Positions 16,398 through 26,146 of a stretch of DNA of 59,068 bases are shown piece by piece. The stretch is from Pseudomonadota bacterium. Lineage in GTDB: Bacteria > Desulfobacterota > Desulfobacteria > Desulfobacterales > RPRI01. The stretch's first letter is position 1. Each line of letters opens with the position of its first letter. A program made the translations under genes and the position numbers. Under the pieces are notes generated by a model. The model had not been told where the DNA came from and did no database searches. It saw nothing but the letters and a program-made list of their open reading frames with translations. The stretch is taken from assembly GCA_043825875.1 (NCBI GenBank), contig JBDRRF010000075.1, positions 1 through 59,068 of the forward strand. Direction: 5' to 3'.

Positions 16398-17765
16398 ATG
16401 TTTGATAAAGTTTTGATTGCTGACCGCGGTGAAATTGCAATTCGAATCATGCGCACTTGTAATCGTATGGGTATCAGCACAGTTGCAGTATATTCCGACG
16501 CGGAAAGTCACAGCCTGCATCGTCAGATGGCAAATGAATCAATACATATTGGTGGGCCGTGCGTCCAGGAATCCTATCTTAACGGGGAAAGGATAATTTA
16601 CGCCGCTCTTGAAACCGGTTGCCAGGCTATTCATCCCGGTTATGGTTTTTTATCTGAAAATGCAATATTTGCAAGAAGCGTGGAGACCGCGGGCTTAACT
16701 TTCATCGGTCCGTCAGCCGGAGTTATCGCTATGTTGAGCGACAAGATCACCGCCAAGAATCTGGCCATCAAGGCAGGTGTGCCGGTCATTCCGGGCCATT
16801 CGGATACCTTGAAAGATGAAGACGAAGCGCTGGCATTGGCGGAATCCATCGGTTATCCGGTGTTGCTCAAACCTGTGGCAGGTTGCAACGCTAAGGGTCT
16901 GCGTATTGTGTATGGACCGGGCGAAATGGAGGCTGCGATTGCGGCCAGCCGTCAGGAAACACGCAAGGCATTTGGTAATAGCCGGATTTTTATGGAGCGT
17001 TTTATTGAACAATCCCGTCATGTGGAAATTCAGATCCTGGCCGATTCTTTGGGTAACGTAGTTCATCTGGGTGAAAGAGAGTGCTCGATCCAGAGACAAT
17101 ATCAAAAATTTATCGCAGAATCTCCGTCGCCTGCTGTGTCCGAAGACTTAAGACGGCGCATGGGCCAAGCTGCCTGCGATCTGGCACGCAAAGTCGGCTA
17201 TATTAATACTGGGACAATTGAGTTCATTCTGGATGCCCACGGGGCTTTCTATTTTCTGGAGATAAACCCCCACCTTCCTGAGGAGCATGCGGTAACCGAA
17301 CTGCTGACAGGACTGGATCTGGTGGAACTCCAGCTACGAATTGCCTGCGACGAGGCTCTTCCGTGCGACCAGGCAAGCTTAATTTTTGACGGATGGGCTA
17401 TACAAGCGCATATTTATGCTGAAGATCCAAACAGGGATTTCATACCCTCCACTGGTATAATCACCCGTTATTCCGAGCCTAATGGCAATGCCATCCGGGT
17501 AGACAGCGGAGTGAAAGCGGGCAGCAGGATCGGCAGCTATTACGACTCATTGCTGGCCAAAGTTATATCCCACGGCAAAGAAAGAGAAACAGCACGTAAC
17601 GGACTTGTGGAAGCATTAAACGGCTATTATATCGGGGGGGTTGCTACAAATATCGATTTTGCCAACAGATTGATGAGTCATTCTGAATTCGCAAAAGGCA
17701 ATTTTAACACAAATTTTATAAACCGGCATTTCAACACCATAAGAAGATATATGCAAGCGGTATAG
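16398..17765 (+). CDS. biotin carboxylase (AccC/PccA-like ATP-grasp), active-site degenerate, no BCCP domain
   Basis: DRGEIA, HPGYGFLSEN, ERECSIQR, YYDSLLAK retained; T-loop GCNAKG, EINPHLPEEH and AHIYAED deviate from GGGGRG, EMNTRIQVEH and CRINAED. Confidence 0.85.
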   Translation: MFDKVLIADRGEIAIRIMRTCNRMGISTVAVYSDAESHSLHRQMANESIHIGGPCVQESYLNGERIIYAALETGCQAIHPGYGFLSENAIFARSVETAGLTFIGPSAGVIAMLSDKITAKNLAIKAGVPVIPGHSDTLKDEDEALALAESIGYPVLLKPVAGCNAKGLRIVYGPGEMEAAIAASRQETRKAFGNSRIFMERFIEQSRHVEIQILADSLGNVVHLGERECSIQRQYQKFIAESPSPAVSEDLRRRMGQAACDLARKVGYINTGTIEFILDAHGAFYFLEINPHLPEEHAVTELLTGLDLVELQLRIACDEALPCDQASLIFDGWAIQAHIYAEDPNRDFIPSTGIITRYSEPNGNAIRVDSGVKAGSRIGSYYDSLLAKVISHGKERETARNGLVEALNGYYIGGVATNIDFANRLMSHSEFAKGNFNTNFINRHFNTIRRYMQAV

Positions 17766-17794
17766 ACACCGGAGGAATCTTTACCGAAACGGTT
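17741..17794 (+). pseudogene. degenerate copy of a hydantoinase A N-terminus
   Basis: Translates KKIYASGIDTGGIFTETV, matching KEKYIIGIDTGGTFTDTV at 17856-17909. Confidence 0.6.
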
Positions 17795-17843
17795 AAAATA
17801 ATAATTCAAAGAAACAGAATAATAACTAAAAGGGGAGAATGAT

Positions 17844-19949
17844 ATGTCAGAAAATAAGGAGAAGTACATAATAGGAATAGATACCGGAGGGACATTTACC
17901 GATACGGTAATCATAGATAAACACGGTAAAATTACTATCGGCAAAGCTCTCACAAATTACGGGGATCTTAAGGCGGGTGTTATCAGTTCCCTGCGGGATG
18001 GAGCATCCGAGATGGGGAAAAAACTTGAAGATATTTTGCCTAATACGGTTTATGTGGGACACGGCACGACTCTTGGAACCAATGCGGTTATAAACCGAAC
18101 ATTCGGCAAAGTAGGTCTTTTAACCACAGCCGGGCACGAGGATATTTCCATCATTATGAGAGCCGGAGCCAAAACCGATGGTTTGAGTGAAGATGAAGTC
18201 AAACACCAGGCTACCTGCCGCAAACCTGAGCCGCTTGTGCCCCGGCCATTGATTAAAGGCATAGTTGAACGTATGGACTGCTTCGGCAAAGCAGTAATTC
18301 CCCTGGATCTCAAACAGGCTAAACAGGCAATTGACGAGCTGGCGGCTGAAGGATGCGAGGCGATAGCCATATGTCTGTTATGGTCTTTTACGAATGCGGA
18401 ACATGAAATTGCGTTAAAAAAGCTGGTAGAGGAGAATTATCCGGATATTTATTTAGCGGTATCTCATGAAATATCTCCCAAACTCAGAGAATATGCCCGA
18501 ACAATGACTGTTATTATTGATGCCTGTATCGGAAAACTTACCCGTGAATACATTGATTCATTAAACAAGGAGCTGAAGAATTCCGGGTTGAAGCAGGATA
18601 TTTCCATTATGCATGCTTACGGCGGTGTTACCAGCTGGGAGACCGCAAGACCTGTTTCCACGATTGAGTCAGGGCCTGTAGGCGGTGTTGTTGGAAGCAA
18701 ATTCTTAGGTAACGTTCTTGGAGAAAAAAACATAATCACAACAGATGTCGGCGGCACGAGTTTTGACGTAAGCGTTCTGGCAGACGGTGAATGGTCTTTC
18801 AAAAAAGAGCCTATCATGATGCGCTTTCGTGTAACTATCCCGATTATCAACATCACATGTATCGGAGCGGCAGGCGGAACAATCTCAAGAATCGATCCTG
18901 TTACAGGCGGCCTTAAAGTAGGACCCGACAGTGCAGGTTCCACCCCAGGCCCTGTTTGCTATGAGCGTGGAGGAGAAGAACCCACAGTAACCGATGTTGA
19001 TGTTGTACTTGGTTATCTGAATCCCGGTTATTTCTTCGGCGGCAAGCTTACTATAAATAAAGATAAAGCTTACAAGGCTATCAAAGAAAAAATTGCCGAT
19101 CCGCTTTGCATGGATGTTGTTCAGGCAGCAGCCGGTATATATGATATTATCAATTCTTTCATGGCAGATAACTTAAGGCAATCGGTAATTGACAAAGGCC
19201 ATGATCCGAGGGATTTCGTCCTTCTTTCTTACGGCGGCAACGGGCCCATGCACTGTGCATCTTTTGCTAAGGATCTCGGGGCTAAAAAAGTTATAATTCC
19301 TCCTCAGTCTTCGGTGTTTTCCGCATTCGGCATTGCCTGTTCGGATGTTATTCATGTTTACACCCAGACCGATGTTAATATTATGCCGGCTGATCCTATG
19401 CATCTGAACACCGTTTTTGAAGAAATGGAAAAGCATGCGATAGCAGATATGGCTCTTGAAGGCATAGCAGCAGCAGATGTTGAGCTTCACCGTGAGCTGG
19501 ATTTAAGATATAACAGGCAGGTGCATGAAGTTAATATTCCGGCTCCGACCAAAAAGCTTAATGCTGAGGATGTACGGCAGATTATGAACGATTGGGAAGC
19601 CAGATACGAGCAAATCTACGGCAAGGGTTCAGGATTCCGTGAAGCGGGAATGCAGGTTGTAACTTTCAGGTTGAATGCTGTAAGTAAACTTCTTAAACCT
19701 TCTCTTGAAAAGGCTTCCTATGAACCTATAGCCGATTCTTCACCGGCTGTTAAAGGGACCAGACCCGCATTTTTCAGAAAATTCAATGACTATGCAGAAA
19801 CCAATATCTACGATTCCAGGAAGCTGAAATACGGCAACAAGATAGAAGGCCCGGCCATTATCGAAACACCAAGCACCACGATGGTCATCCTTCCCGATCA
19901 AAAGGCGGAGGTTGATGCTTACATGAACGTGGTTATCGTAAAACTTTAA
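17844..19949 (+). CDS. hydantoinase/oxoprolinase A family (acetone/acetophenone carboxylase beta-like ATPase subunit)
   Basis: GIDTGGTFTD, HGTT, ESGPVGG, DVGGTSFDV, GPDSAGSTPGPVCY, YGGNGPMH, FSAFG. Confidence 0.93.
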   Translation: MSENKEKYIIGIDTGGTFTDTVIIDKHGKITIGKALTNYGDLKAGVISSLRDGASEMGKKLEDILPNTVYVGHGTTLGTNAVINRTFGKVGLLTTAGHEDISIIMRAGAKTDGLSEDEVKHQATCRKPEPLVPRPLIKGIVERMDCFGKAVIPLDLKQAKQAIDELAAEGCEAIAICLLWSFTNAEHEIALKKLVEENYPDIYLAVSHEISPKLREYARTMTVIIDACIGKLTREYIDSLNKELKNSGLKQDISIMHAYGGVTSWETARPVSTIESGPVGGVVGSKFLGNVLGEKNIITTDVGGTSFDVSVLADGEWSFKKEPIMMRFRVTIPIINITCIGAAGGTISRIDPVTGGLKVGPDSAGSTPGPVCYERGGEEPTVTDVDVVLGYLNPGYFFGGKLTINKDKAYKAIKEKIADPLCMDVVQAAAGIYDIINSFMADNLRQSVIDKGHDPRDFVLLSYGGNGPMHCASFAKDLGAKKVIIPPQSSVFSAFGIACSDVIHVYTQTDVNIMPADPMHLNTVFEEMEKHAIADMALEGIAAADVELHRELDLRYNRQVHEVNIPAPTKKLNAEDVRQIMNDWEARYEQIYGKGSGFREAGMQVVTFRLNAVSKLLKPSLEKASYEPIADSSPAVKGTRPAFFRKFNDYAETNIYDSRKLKYGNKIEGPAIIETPSTTMVILPDQKAEVDAYMNVVIVKL

Positions 19950-19975
19950 TTTTTGACCGAAGAGGAGGAATATAT

Positions 19976-22165
19976 ATGAGTACAGATAGTTGTGATTTCA
20001 AAATAGATCCCATCACCTATGAGGTTATTAAGCACAGTATATGGCAGACCTTGTGGGAGGGACGTTCCACTATGGAGAAGGTTTCAGGCTCGGTGGTAGT
20101 AACAGAGGCAAAAGAGGTTCTTTTCAGTCTGCATCAGCCCAATGGTGAGACGATAGTAAGTTCAGCCGGTTTGTTATTGCATATAAGCGGTGTTGAAAAA
20201 CAAATTGGAAAAGTTATCGAATGGTATACTGAGAATCCCGGCATCAACGATGGCGATGTTTTCATGTTTAACGACCCGTACATAGGTGGAATGCATGCTC
20301 CGGACCAGTCCTGCTTATGCCCTGTGTATTATGAAGGCAGGTTAATCTGCTGGCTTTCGGCTCTGTTTCATACAGGTGAAGTAGGAGCTATAGAGCCCGG
20401 AGGAATGTGCCCGAGCGCCTTGGAAATATTTCACGAGGGAATCAGGATTCCGGGTTTGAAACTCATGGATAAAGGTGTTGAGCGCAAAGATACATATATG
20501 CTTCTTCAAAGAGCCGTCCGTGATCCGGGAGGAATAACACTTGACTGCCGCGCACGTGTTGCAGGATTAAACGTTGGCAAAGAAAGGGTTTTGAAATTAT
20601 TTAAAAAATATGGCGAAGAAGACATGCAGTCCATATTTGTGCAGATGATCGATGATACAAGAACATATGCCAAGGCCAAACTAAAAGAACTTCCCGACGG
20701 TGTCTGGCGGGATGTATCCTATATAGATCATGACGGGAAAAACTACAATCTGGCTAAAATTGTCACGACCATGACCAAAAAAGGAGACAAACTTACTATT
20801 GATTTTACCGGTTCCGATCCCCAGAGACCCGGCCCCACAAATATGATTTACGAATCAGTAAGAGGTGTTGTTTACACTATTTTATGTACCCGGTTGTTTT
20901 ATGTAGAGCAGTGGAACAGGGGTGTTCTGGACGTTGTTGATATAATAGCTCCTGAAGGCAGTATAGAAAATGCAAGATGGCCTGCACCTGTCAGCATGTC
21001 GGCTTTCCATGTTTTACAGCTTTGCGCTATTTTAAATACTCTGGTTTCAAAAATGATGGTAGGAGTTCCTGAATATTATGGTGATCAGAATGCCTGTTCA
21101 CCTCCCAATTCTGCGGTTATAGCCTGGGGCGGTCCTAACCAGTATGGCCTTGTTATGGGCACTGTCTTTTTTGATATATTAAGCGGCGGTCAGGGCGCCG
21201 GTTCCGGTTTTGACGGTGTTGATTCGGGTTGCTTTCCCGTAACGCCTGAGGTTATAGCCGGAGATGTTGAAATGTATGAATCAATCATGCCTTTTATTTA
21301 TCTTACAAAACGTCAGGGCATGAACACAGCCGGTGCCGGAAAATATCGCGGCGGCACAGGTATGGAGATTATTTATAAGGTTCATAATACTCCAGGAGTT
21401 CAGGTTCTTATTCTTGGCTGGAACAAGGAAACCACTGCTGGTCCGGGACTCTGGGGAGGACATCAGCCTGCTCCTTATAAAAATTACGTTGCCAATAATA
21501 CTAAAAGTGATGAATATCTGGCGAGTGGAAAAGCAATTACTTGTCTTGATGATATTAAAGCAACCGGAGGTGATCAAAAAGAATGGCCTACCATGGTTTC
21601 CGCAACACCTGCTTTCCAGGGTGATATTTACTATCTGTATGGAGTAGGCGCAGGCGGGTATGGAGATCCTCTGGATCGTGAGCCAGAAAAGGTTTTATCT
21701 GATGTTATAAACCTTATAATCAGTCCCGAATATGCAAAAGATATATATGGTGTAATAATTGAAGGCAAAAATGAGGGCATTAACATAGAAGCAACGGAAA
21801 AACAAAGAGAACTTCTTAAGGCAAAAAGAAGAGAACGTGCTGCGACAACATGTAAAGCTCCCGCGCTAAACTGTGCTTCTATTGAAGAAGGGATTATAAG
21901 AATTCATGAAAACCTGCAAGTAACCAAAGACAAGAAGATCCAGTGCTTGAAATGCGGCCATGTATTTTGCGGAAATGATCAGAATTACAAAGATCATGCA
22001 TTAAAAGCCGAGATTAAGGGAAGCGAAATCGGAAAGAATTATCTCCAGACTGACAGATTTCTTGTTTATCATGAGTTCTATTGCCCAAGCTGTACTACAT
22101 TGTTATGCCAGGATGCTCTTCCTCCGGGCACCGCTCCTGTTTGGGATGTACAGGTTGGTGCTTGA
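19976..22165 (+). CDS. hydantoinase B family (acetone carboxylase alpha-like) fused to acetone carboxylase gamma-like Zn domain
   Basis: NDPYIGGMHAPD, FHTGEVG, FHEGIRIP, GAGKYRGG, GGYGDPLDR; C-terminal CLKCGH...NYKDH...EFYCPSC. Confidence 0.9.
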   Translation: MSTDSCDFKIDPITYEVIKHSIWQTLWEGRSTMEKVSGSVVVTEAKEVLFSLHQPNGETIVSSAGLLLHISGVEKQIGKVIEWYTENPGINDGDVFMFNDPYIGGMHAPDQSCLCPVYYEGRLICWLSALFHTGEVGAIEPGGMCPSALEIFHEGIRIPGLKLMDKGVERKDTYMLLQRAVRDPGGITLDCRARVAGLNVGKERVLKLFKKYGEEDMQSIFVQMIDDTRTYAKAKLKELPDGVWRDVSYIDHDGKNYNLAKIVTTMTKKGDKLTIDFTGSDPQRPGPTNMIYESVRGVVYTILCTRLFYVEQWNRGVLDVVDIIAPEGSIENARWPAPVSMSAFHVLQLCAILNTLVSKMMVGVPEYYGDQNACSPPNSAVIAWGGPNQYGLVMGTVFFDILSGGQGAGSGFDGVDSGCFPVTPEVIAGDVEMYESIMPFIYLTKRQGMNTAGAGKYRGGTGMEIIYKVHNTPGVQVLILGWNKETTAGPGLWGGHQPAPYKNYVANNTKSDEYLASGKAITCLDDIKATGGDQKEWPTMVSATPAFQGDIYYLYGVGAGGYGDPLDREPEKVLSDVINLIISPEYAKDIYGVIIEGKNEGINIEATEKQRELLKAKRRERAATTCKAPALNCASIEEGIIRIHENLQVTKDKKIQCLKCGHVFCGNDQNYKDHALKAEIKGSEIGKNYLQTDRFLVYHEFYCPSCTTLLCQDALPPGTAPVWDVQVGA

Positions 22166-22240
22166 TAGAAATCTGTTTCTATAATGATCTATAGAACGTT
22201 TCGGATGAGCAGGCTTTTATTGAACCGTAATAGCAACTGC

Positions 22241-22266
22241 ATTCCCCGCTGCTTGCAGCGGGGAAT
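22241..22266. repeat. GC-rich palindrome (REP-like/IS200-IS605-end-like; may act as terminator)
   Basis: ATTCCCCGCTGC-TT-GCAGCGGGGAAT perfect 12-bp stem. Confidence 0.6.
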
Positions 22267-22419
22267 TTTCAATTTATTTTTAGCATCGGGTAAAATCTAT
22301 CCTAACATTAATGGTATTAGCTTTGACATCAAAGGCTTTCTTAGTATAATATTGCCATGAACTTTTTAGGGAAAAGGTAAAAAACAAAACCCCATATAAA
22401 AACAAGGGAGGAAACAAAC

Positions 22420-22725
22420 ATGGTTCAGAAACCCAATGAAAAAGAAGAAGAATATTTTACCAGAATGGAATTTGAAAGAAAAAAGAAAATTGAAGACGAA
22501 AAACACAAAAAACTTGCCGAAAAGGAAAAGAAAGATCTTAAAGAACTTCATTTTATGAGATGCCCCAAATGCGGCATGGAGCTTTTAGAGATTAGTTACA
22601 AATCAATCAAGATCGATAAATGCTCAGAATGCGAAGGAATCTGGTTGGATGCCGGAGAATTGGAAACGGTTTCTAATCTCGAAAAAACAGGCCTGGATAA
22701 ATTGTTTAGCGTATTTAAGAAGTAA
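22420..22725 (+). CDS. zf-TFIIB-type zinc ribbon protein
   Basis: EEEYF, MRCPKCG...IDKCSECEGIWLDAGELE; promoter TTGACA-N16-TATAAT at 22323-22350. Confidence 0.85.
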   Translation: MVQKPNEKEEEYFTRMEFERKKKIEDEKHKKLAEKEKKDLKELHFMRCPKCGMELLEISYKSIKIDKCSECEGIWLDAGELETVSNLEKTGLDKLFSVFKK

Positions 22726-22839
22726 ATGTGGCCAAAATATACTTCCGGCATACCCACATAACTCACAAATACAAACATAAGAGCCATCTACGAAAGTCAT
22801 TTTAGCTGAGTCATTAAATTGATTTAGGAAAATATCACC

Positions 22840-22924
22840 GTTACGGGTTATGTTATTAGTTACGAATTATTGGGAGGGTGGATCAGGTTTCCCAAATTGT
22901 AATCTATGCTTCGTAACCCGTAAC
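22840..22924. repeat. inverted heptamer-repeat arms (GTTACGG / CCGTAAC)
   Basis: GTTACGGGTTATG at 22840 and CGTAACCCGTAAC at 22912-22924. Confidence 0.5.
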
Positions 22925-22984
22925 AGCCGGTCAGTAAGAGAAAATATTCAGAGTAACTATAACTTATTATACGGATATATAAAA

Positions 22985-23255
22985 TCTGTTTTCTGCCTGG
23001 GACTTATACTTGTTATTGTTGGCGGTGCAGAATTATTTACAGGCAACAATCTCATTATTATGGCATTGGCGCGGCAAAATATCTTTAACACAGTTATTAA
23101 GAAACTGGGTTATAGTCTATCTTGGAAATTTTACAGGTTCTATTTTAACCGCAATAATTATGCTTTTCACTCATCAATTCATGTTCGGCAAAGGTTCAAT
23201 CGGACTTAATGCTTTTTTAAATACAGCAACGGCTACCTACAAGCTTGTTTCATGA
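22985..23255 (+). pseudogene. formate/nitrite transporter (FNT) internal fragment with frameshift
   Basis: SVFCLGLILVIVGGAELFTGNNL in one frame, GKISLTQLLRNWVIVYLGNFTGS in another. Confidence 0.85.
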
Positions 23256-23303
23256 AGACAGAGGAGCTTTAAGGACCTATAACTAAGGACTAACTAACCA
23301 CAA

Positions 23304-25961
23304 ATGAACTGGCATCAAAAAAACATTAATGCAGTGTTAGAGGAACTGAACTCTTCTCCTAAAGGCCTATCATCCGGAGAGGCTCAAAAACGTCTTGAGC
23401 GCTATGGTCCTAATGAATTAAAAGAAAAAGAAAAGAAGACGGTTTTATCTATGTTTCTTGATCAGTTTAAGGATTTTATGATTCTTATCCTGATTGCTGC
23501 CGCCATAATATCGGGGTTTATAGGGGATCTTACCGACACCATAGCCATAATTGTGATTGTTATCTTAAATGCAGTTCTTGGCTTCATACAGGAATACAGG
23601 GCGGAAAAGGCAATGGCGGCCCTAAAGAAAATGACGGCTCCGTTTGCAACCGTAATCAGAAACGGCGTGCACGAGCGTATATCGGCCTCACACCTTGTCC
23701 CAGGCGATATTGCAATTCTTGAAGCAGGAATGATTATTTCTGCCGATATGCGGGTGATAGATTCTTCACAGTTAAAGATTGAAGAGGCCGCGCTTACTGG
23801 TGAGTCTGTCCCGGTTGAAAAGCGAACCGAAGCTCTGCATGATGAACTTCTTTCGATCGGTGACAGAAAAAACATGGCATATAAAGGAACCTTTGTTACT
23901 TATGGCCGCGGCACAGGTATTGTCACATCAACAGGCATGAACACTGAACTCGGCAAAATAGCAACCATGCTTCAGGATGAGGAAGAGGTAAAGACACCGC
24001 TTCAGAAAAGGCTTTTAAGCTTTGGTAAAAAACTCGCCTTTGCCATTCTTGCAATATGCGCTATTGTCTTTATAGCAGGCATTCTAAGGGGGGAAGCTCC
24101 TTTACTGATGCTTCTTACCGCCATTTCTCTCGCCGTTGCCGCGATCCCTGAAGCACTCCCCGCTGTGATAACCATTTCACTTGCACTTGGAGCAAAAAAG
24201 CTGGTAAAGCAGAATGCCCTCATTAGAAAGCTACCCGCTGTAGAAACCCTCGGGTCAGTGACCTACATCTGTTCAGATAAAACCGGAACCCTGACTATGA
24301 ATAAGATGAGCGTAGAAAAAATATACGCTGATGGTATGTCAGTAGGAGTCGGTGCATTAGAAGGTTTGCAAAATAAAATTGGGAGCGATCAAATATCCGT
24401 TTCCGGTTATTTCATGACGGGACTTGCCCTTAGCAATGATGCCGAAACGGATGGAGAAAACAATGTTATCGGTGATCCCACTGAAACTGCTTTGTACACT
24501 GCCGCGAAGCTTAACGGTTTTGATAAAAAAGAATTAGAAAAAAATTTCCCCCGCGTTGCCGAAATTCCCTTTGATTCAGAGAGAAAGTGTATGACCACCT
24601 TTCATAAGTGGCAGGCATCAAGTCCGGAACCGGAAGATAAAGTTGCTTTCATCTCTTTTACAAAAGGAGCCCTGGATGTTTTAATTGAAAAGTCGGTTGA
24701 TGTCTTATCATCTAAGGGAGTAACGGCAGTTGATATTGGTGAGATTAACAAGATTAACGATGCGATGGCTGCCGATGGCATGAGGGTTCTTTGTCTTTGC
24801 ATTAGAAAGTGGGCTGCTTTGCCTGACGGTTTAGTTCCTGAAAATGTTGAGTCAGAACTTACCATCGTGGGTCTTGCGGGGCTGATTGACCCACCGAGGC
24901 AAGAAGCACAAGAAGCTGTTTCAATGTGCAAGGCAGCCGGGATAAAGCCTGTAATGATAACGGGCGACCATCCTCTTACCGCACAGTCTATAGCAAGGAG
25001 GATTGGGATATTAGAAGATGGCTCTGATGCCGTAATTACCGGCAGAGAACTTGAAAAGTTATCCATGGAGGATTTTGAAGAAAGGGTTGAACATATAAGG
25101 GTCTATGCCAGAGTGGCCCCTGAACAAAAGCTGAAGATTGTAAAGGCCCTTCAGGACAAGGGACAGTTTGTTGCCATGACGGGTGACGGGGTCAATGATG
25201 CTCCGGCATTAAAAAGGGCGGACATCGGTGTTGCAATGGGAATTACAGGAACGGATGTCTCAAAAGAAGCGGCACATATGATACTGCTTGATGACAATTT
25301 CGCCACCATAGTAAAGGCTGTCAAGGCAGGAAGACGAATCTTCGACAACATCCGTAAGTTCATAAAATACACCATGACAAGCAATTCCGGCGAGATATGG
25401 ACCATATTCCTTGCCCCATTTTTAGGGCTTCCTATCCCTCTTCTGCCGATTCATATTCTTTGGATAAACCTCGTGACTGATGGACTTCCCGGTCTTGCCC
25501 TTGCGGCAGAGCCTGCCGAAAAAGGGATCATGCAAAGACCGCCCAGGCACCCCAAGGAAAGCATTTTTGCACACGGTCTTGGCGTCCATATCGTCTGGGT
25601 AGGACTCCTCATGGGCTTTGTCTCAATCTTTACGCAGGCATGGTCTATTAAGACAGGACATGCCCATTGGCAGACCATGGTTTTTACTGTTTTGTGTTTG
25701 AGCCAGATGGGGCATGTGCTTGCAATAAGGTCGGAAACAGAGTCCTTTTTCAGCCAGGGGTTGACATCCAACAAGCCTTTACTGGGGGCATTTTTATTGA
25801 CTTTCGCCCTTCAGATGGCAACGATCTATGTGCCGGCCTTGAATCCCATCTTCAAGACAGAGCCTTTGAGCTTCGGTGAATTGATGTTTACCTTAGCATT
25901 ATCGTCTGTGGTTTTTATTGCGGTAGAAATCGAAAAATTTATAAAGAGAAAAAAATCATGA
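23304..25961 (+). CDS. cation-transporting P-type ATPase (type IIA, Ca2+/PMR1-like)
   Basis: [45 protein letters not shown]. Confidence 0.95.
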   Translation: MNWHQKNINAVLEELNSSPKGLSSGEAQKRLERYGPNELKEKEKKTVLSMFLDQFKDFMILILIAAAIISGFIGDLTDTIAIIVIVILNAVLGFIQEYRAEKAMAALKKMTAPFATVIRNGVHERISASHLVPGDIAILEAGMIISADMRVIDSSQLKIEEAALTGESVPVEKRTEALHDELLSIGDRKNMAYKGTFVTYGRGTGIVTSTGMNTELGKIATMLQDEEEVKTPLQKRLLSFGKKLAFAILAICAIVFIAGILRGEAPLLMLLTAISLAVAAIPEALPAVITISLALGAKKLVKQNALIRKLPAVETLGSVTYICSDKTGTLTMNKMSVEKIYADGMSVGVGALEGLQNKIGSDQISVSGYFMTGLALSNDAETDGENNVIGDPTETALYTAAKLNGFDKKELEKNFPRVAEIPFDSERKCMTTFHKWQASSPEPEDKVAFISFTKGALDVLIEKSVDVLSSKGVTAVDIGEINKINDAMAADGMRVLCLCIRKWAALPDGLVPENVESELTIVGLAGLIDPPRQEAQEAVSMCKAAGIKPVMITGDHPLTAQSIARRIGILEDGSDAVITGRELEKLSMEDFEERVEHIRVYARVAPEQKLKIVKALQDKGQFVAMTGDGVNDAPALKRADIGVAMGITGTDVSKEAAHMILLDDNFATIVKAVKAGRRIFDNIRKFIKYTMTSNSGEIWTIFLAPFLGLPIPLLPIHILWINLVTDGLPGLALAAEPAEKGIMQRPPRHPKESIFAHGLGVHIVWVGLLMGFVSIFTQAWSIKTGHAHWQTMVFTVLCLSQMGHVLAIRSETESFFSQGLTSNKPLLGAFLLTFALQMATIYVPALNPIFKTEPLSFGELMFTLALSSVVFIAVEIEKFIKRKKS

Positions 25962-25999
25962 ATGTTTTCTATAATGGTTTCGCAATAAATCTTCCATAC

Positions 26000-26070
26000 C
26001 GTCACCCCTGTGAATGTCGGGGTTTAGAACTACTTGACTATGCTGGATTCCGGCGTTCGCCGGAATGACG
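26000..26070. repeat. palindromic REP/MITE-like element (CGTCA...CTGGATTCCGGC..GCCGGAATGACG family)
   Basis: Terminal CGTCA/TGACG with hairpin TTCCGGCG-TT-CGCCGGAA; related to the outer element at 28299-28526. Confidence 0.6.
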
Positions 26071-26110
26071 AATTCGCCATATTGTTGACTATCTCAGGTT
26101 ACATCATGCT

Positions 26111-26146
26111 GAGATCGGCCAAAATTGGACGTTTTGAAATCGGCTC
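26111..26146 (-). repeat. single end of the MITE family seen at 58928
   Basis: Reverse complement GAGCCGATTTCAAAACGTCCAATTTTGGCCGATCTC closely matches 58928-58963. Confidence 0.75.

Noticed and set aside
22850..23255. ORFs 22850..23209 and 23010..23255 as genes
   Set aside because: Each holds only part of a frameshifted FNT fragment plus repeat-derived sequence
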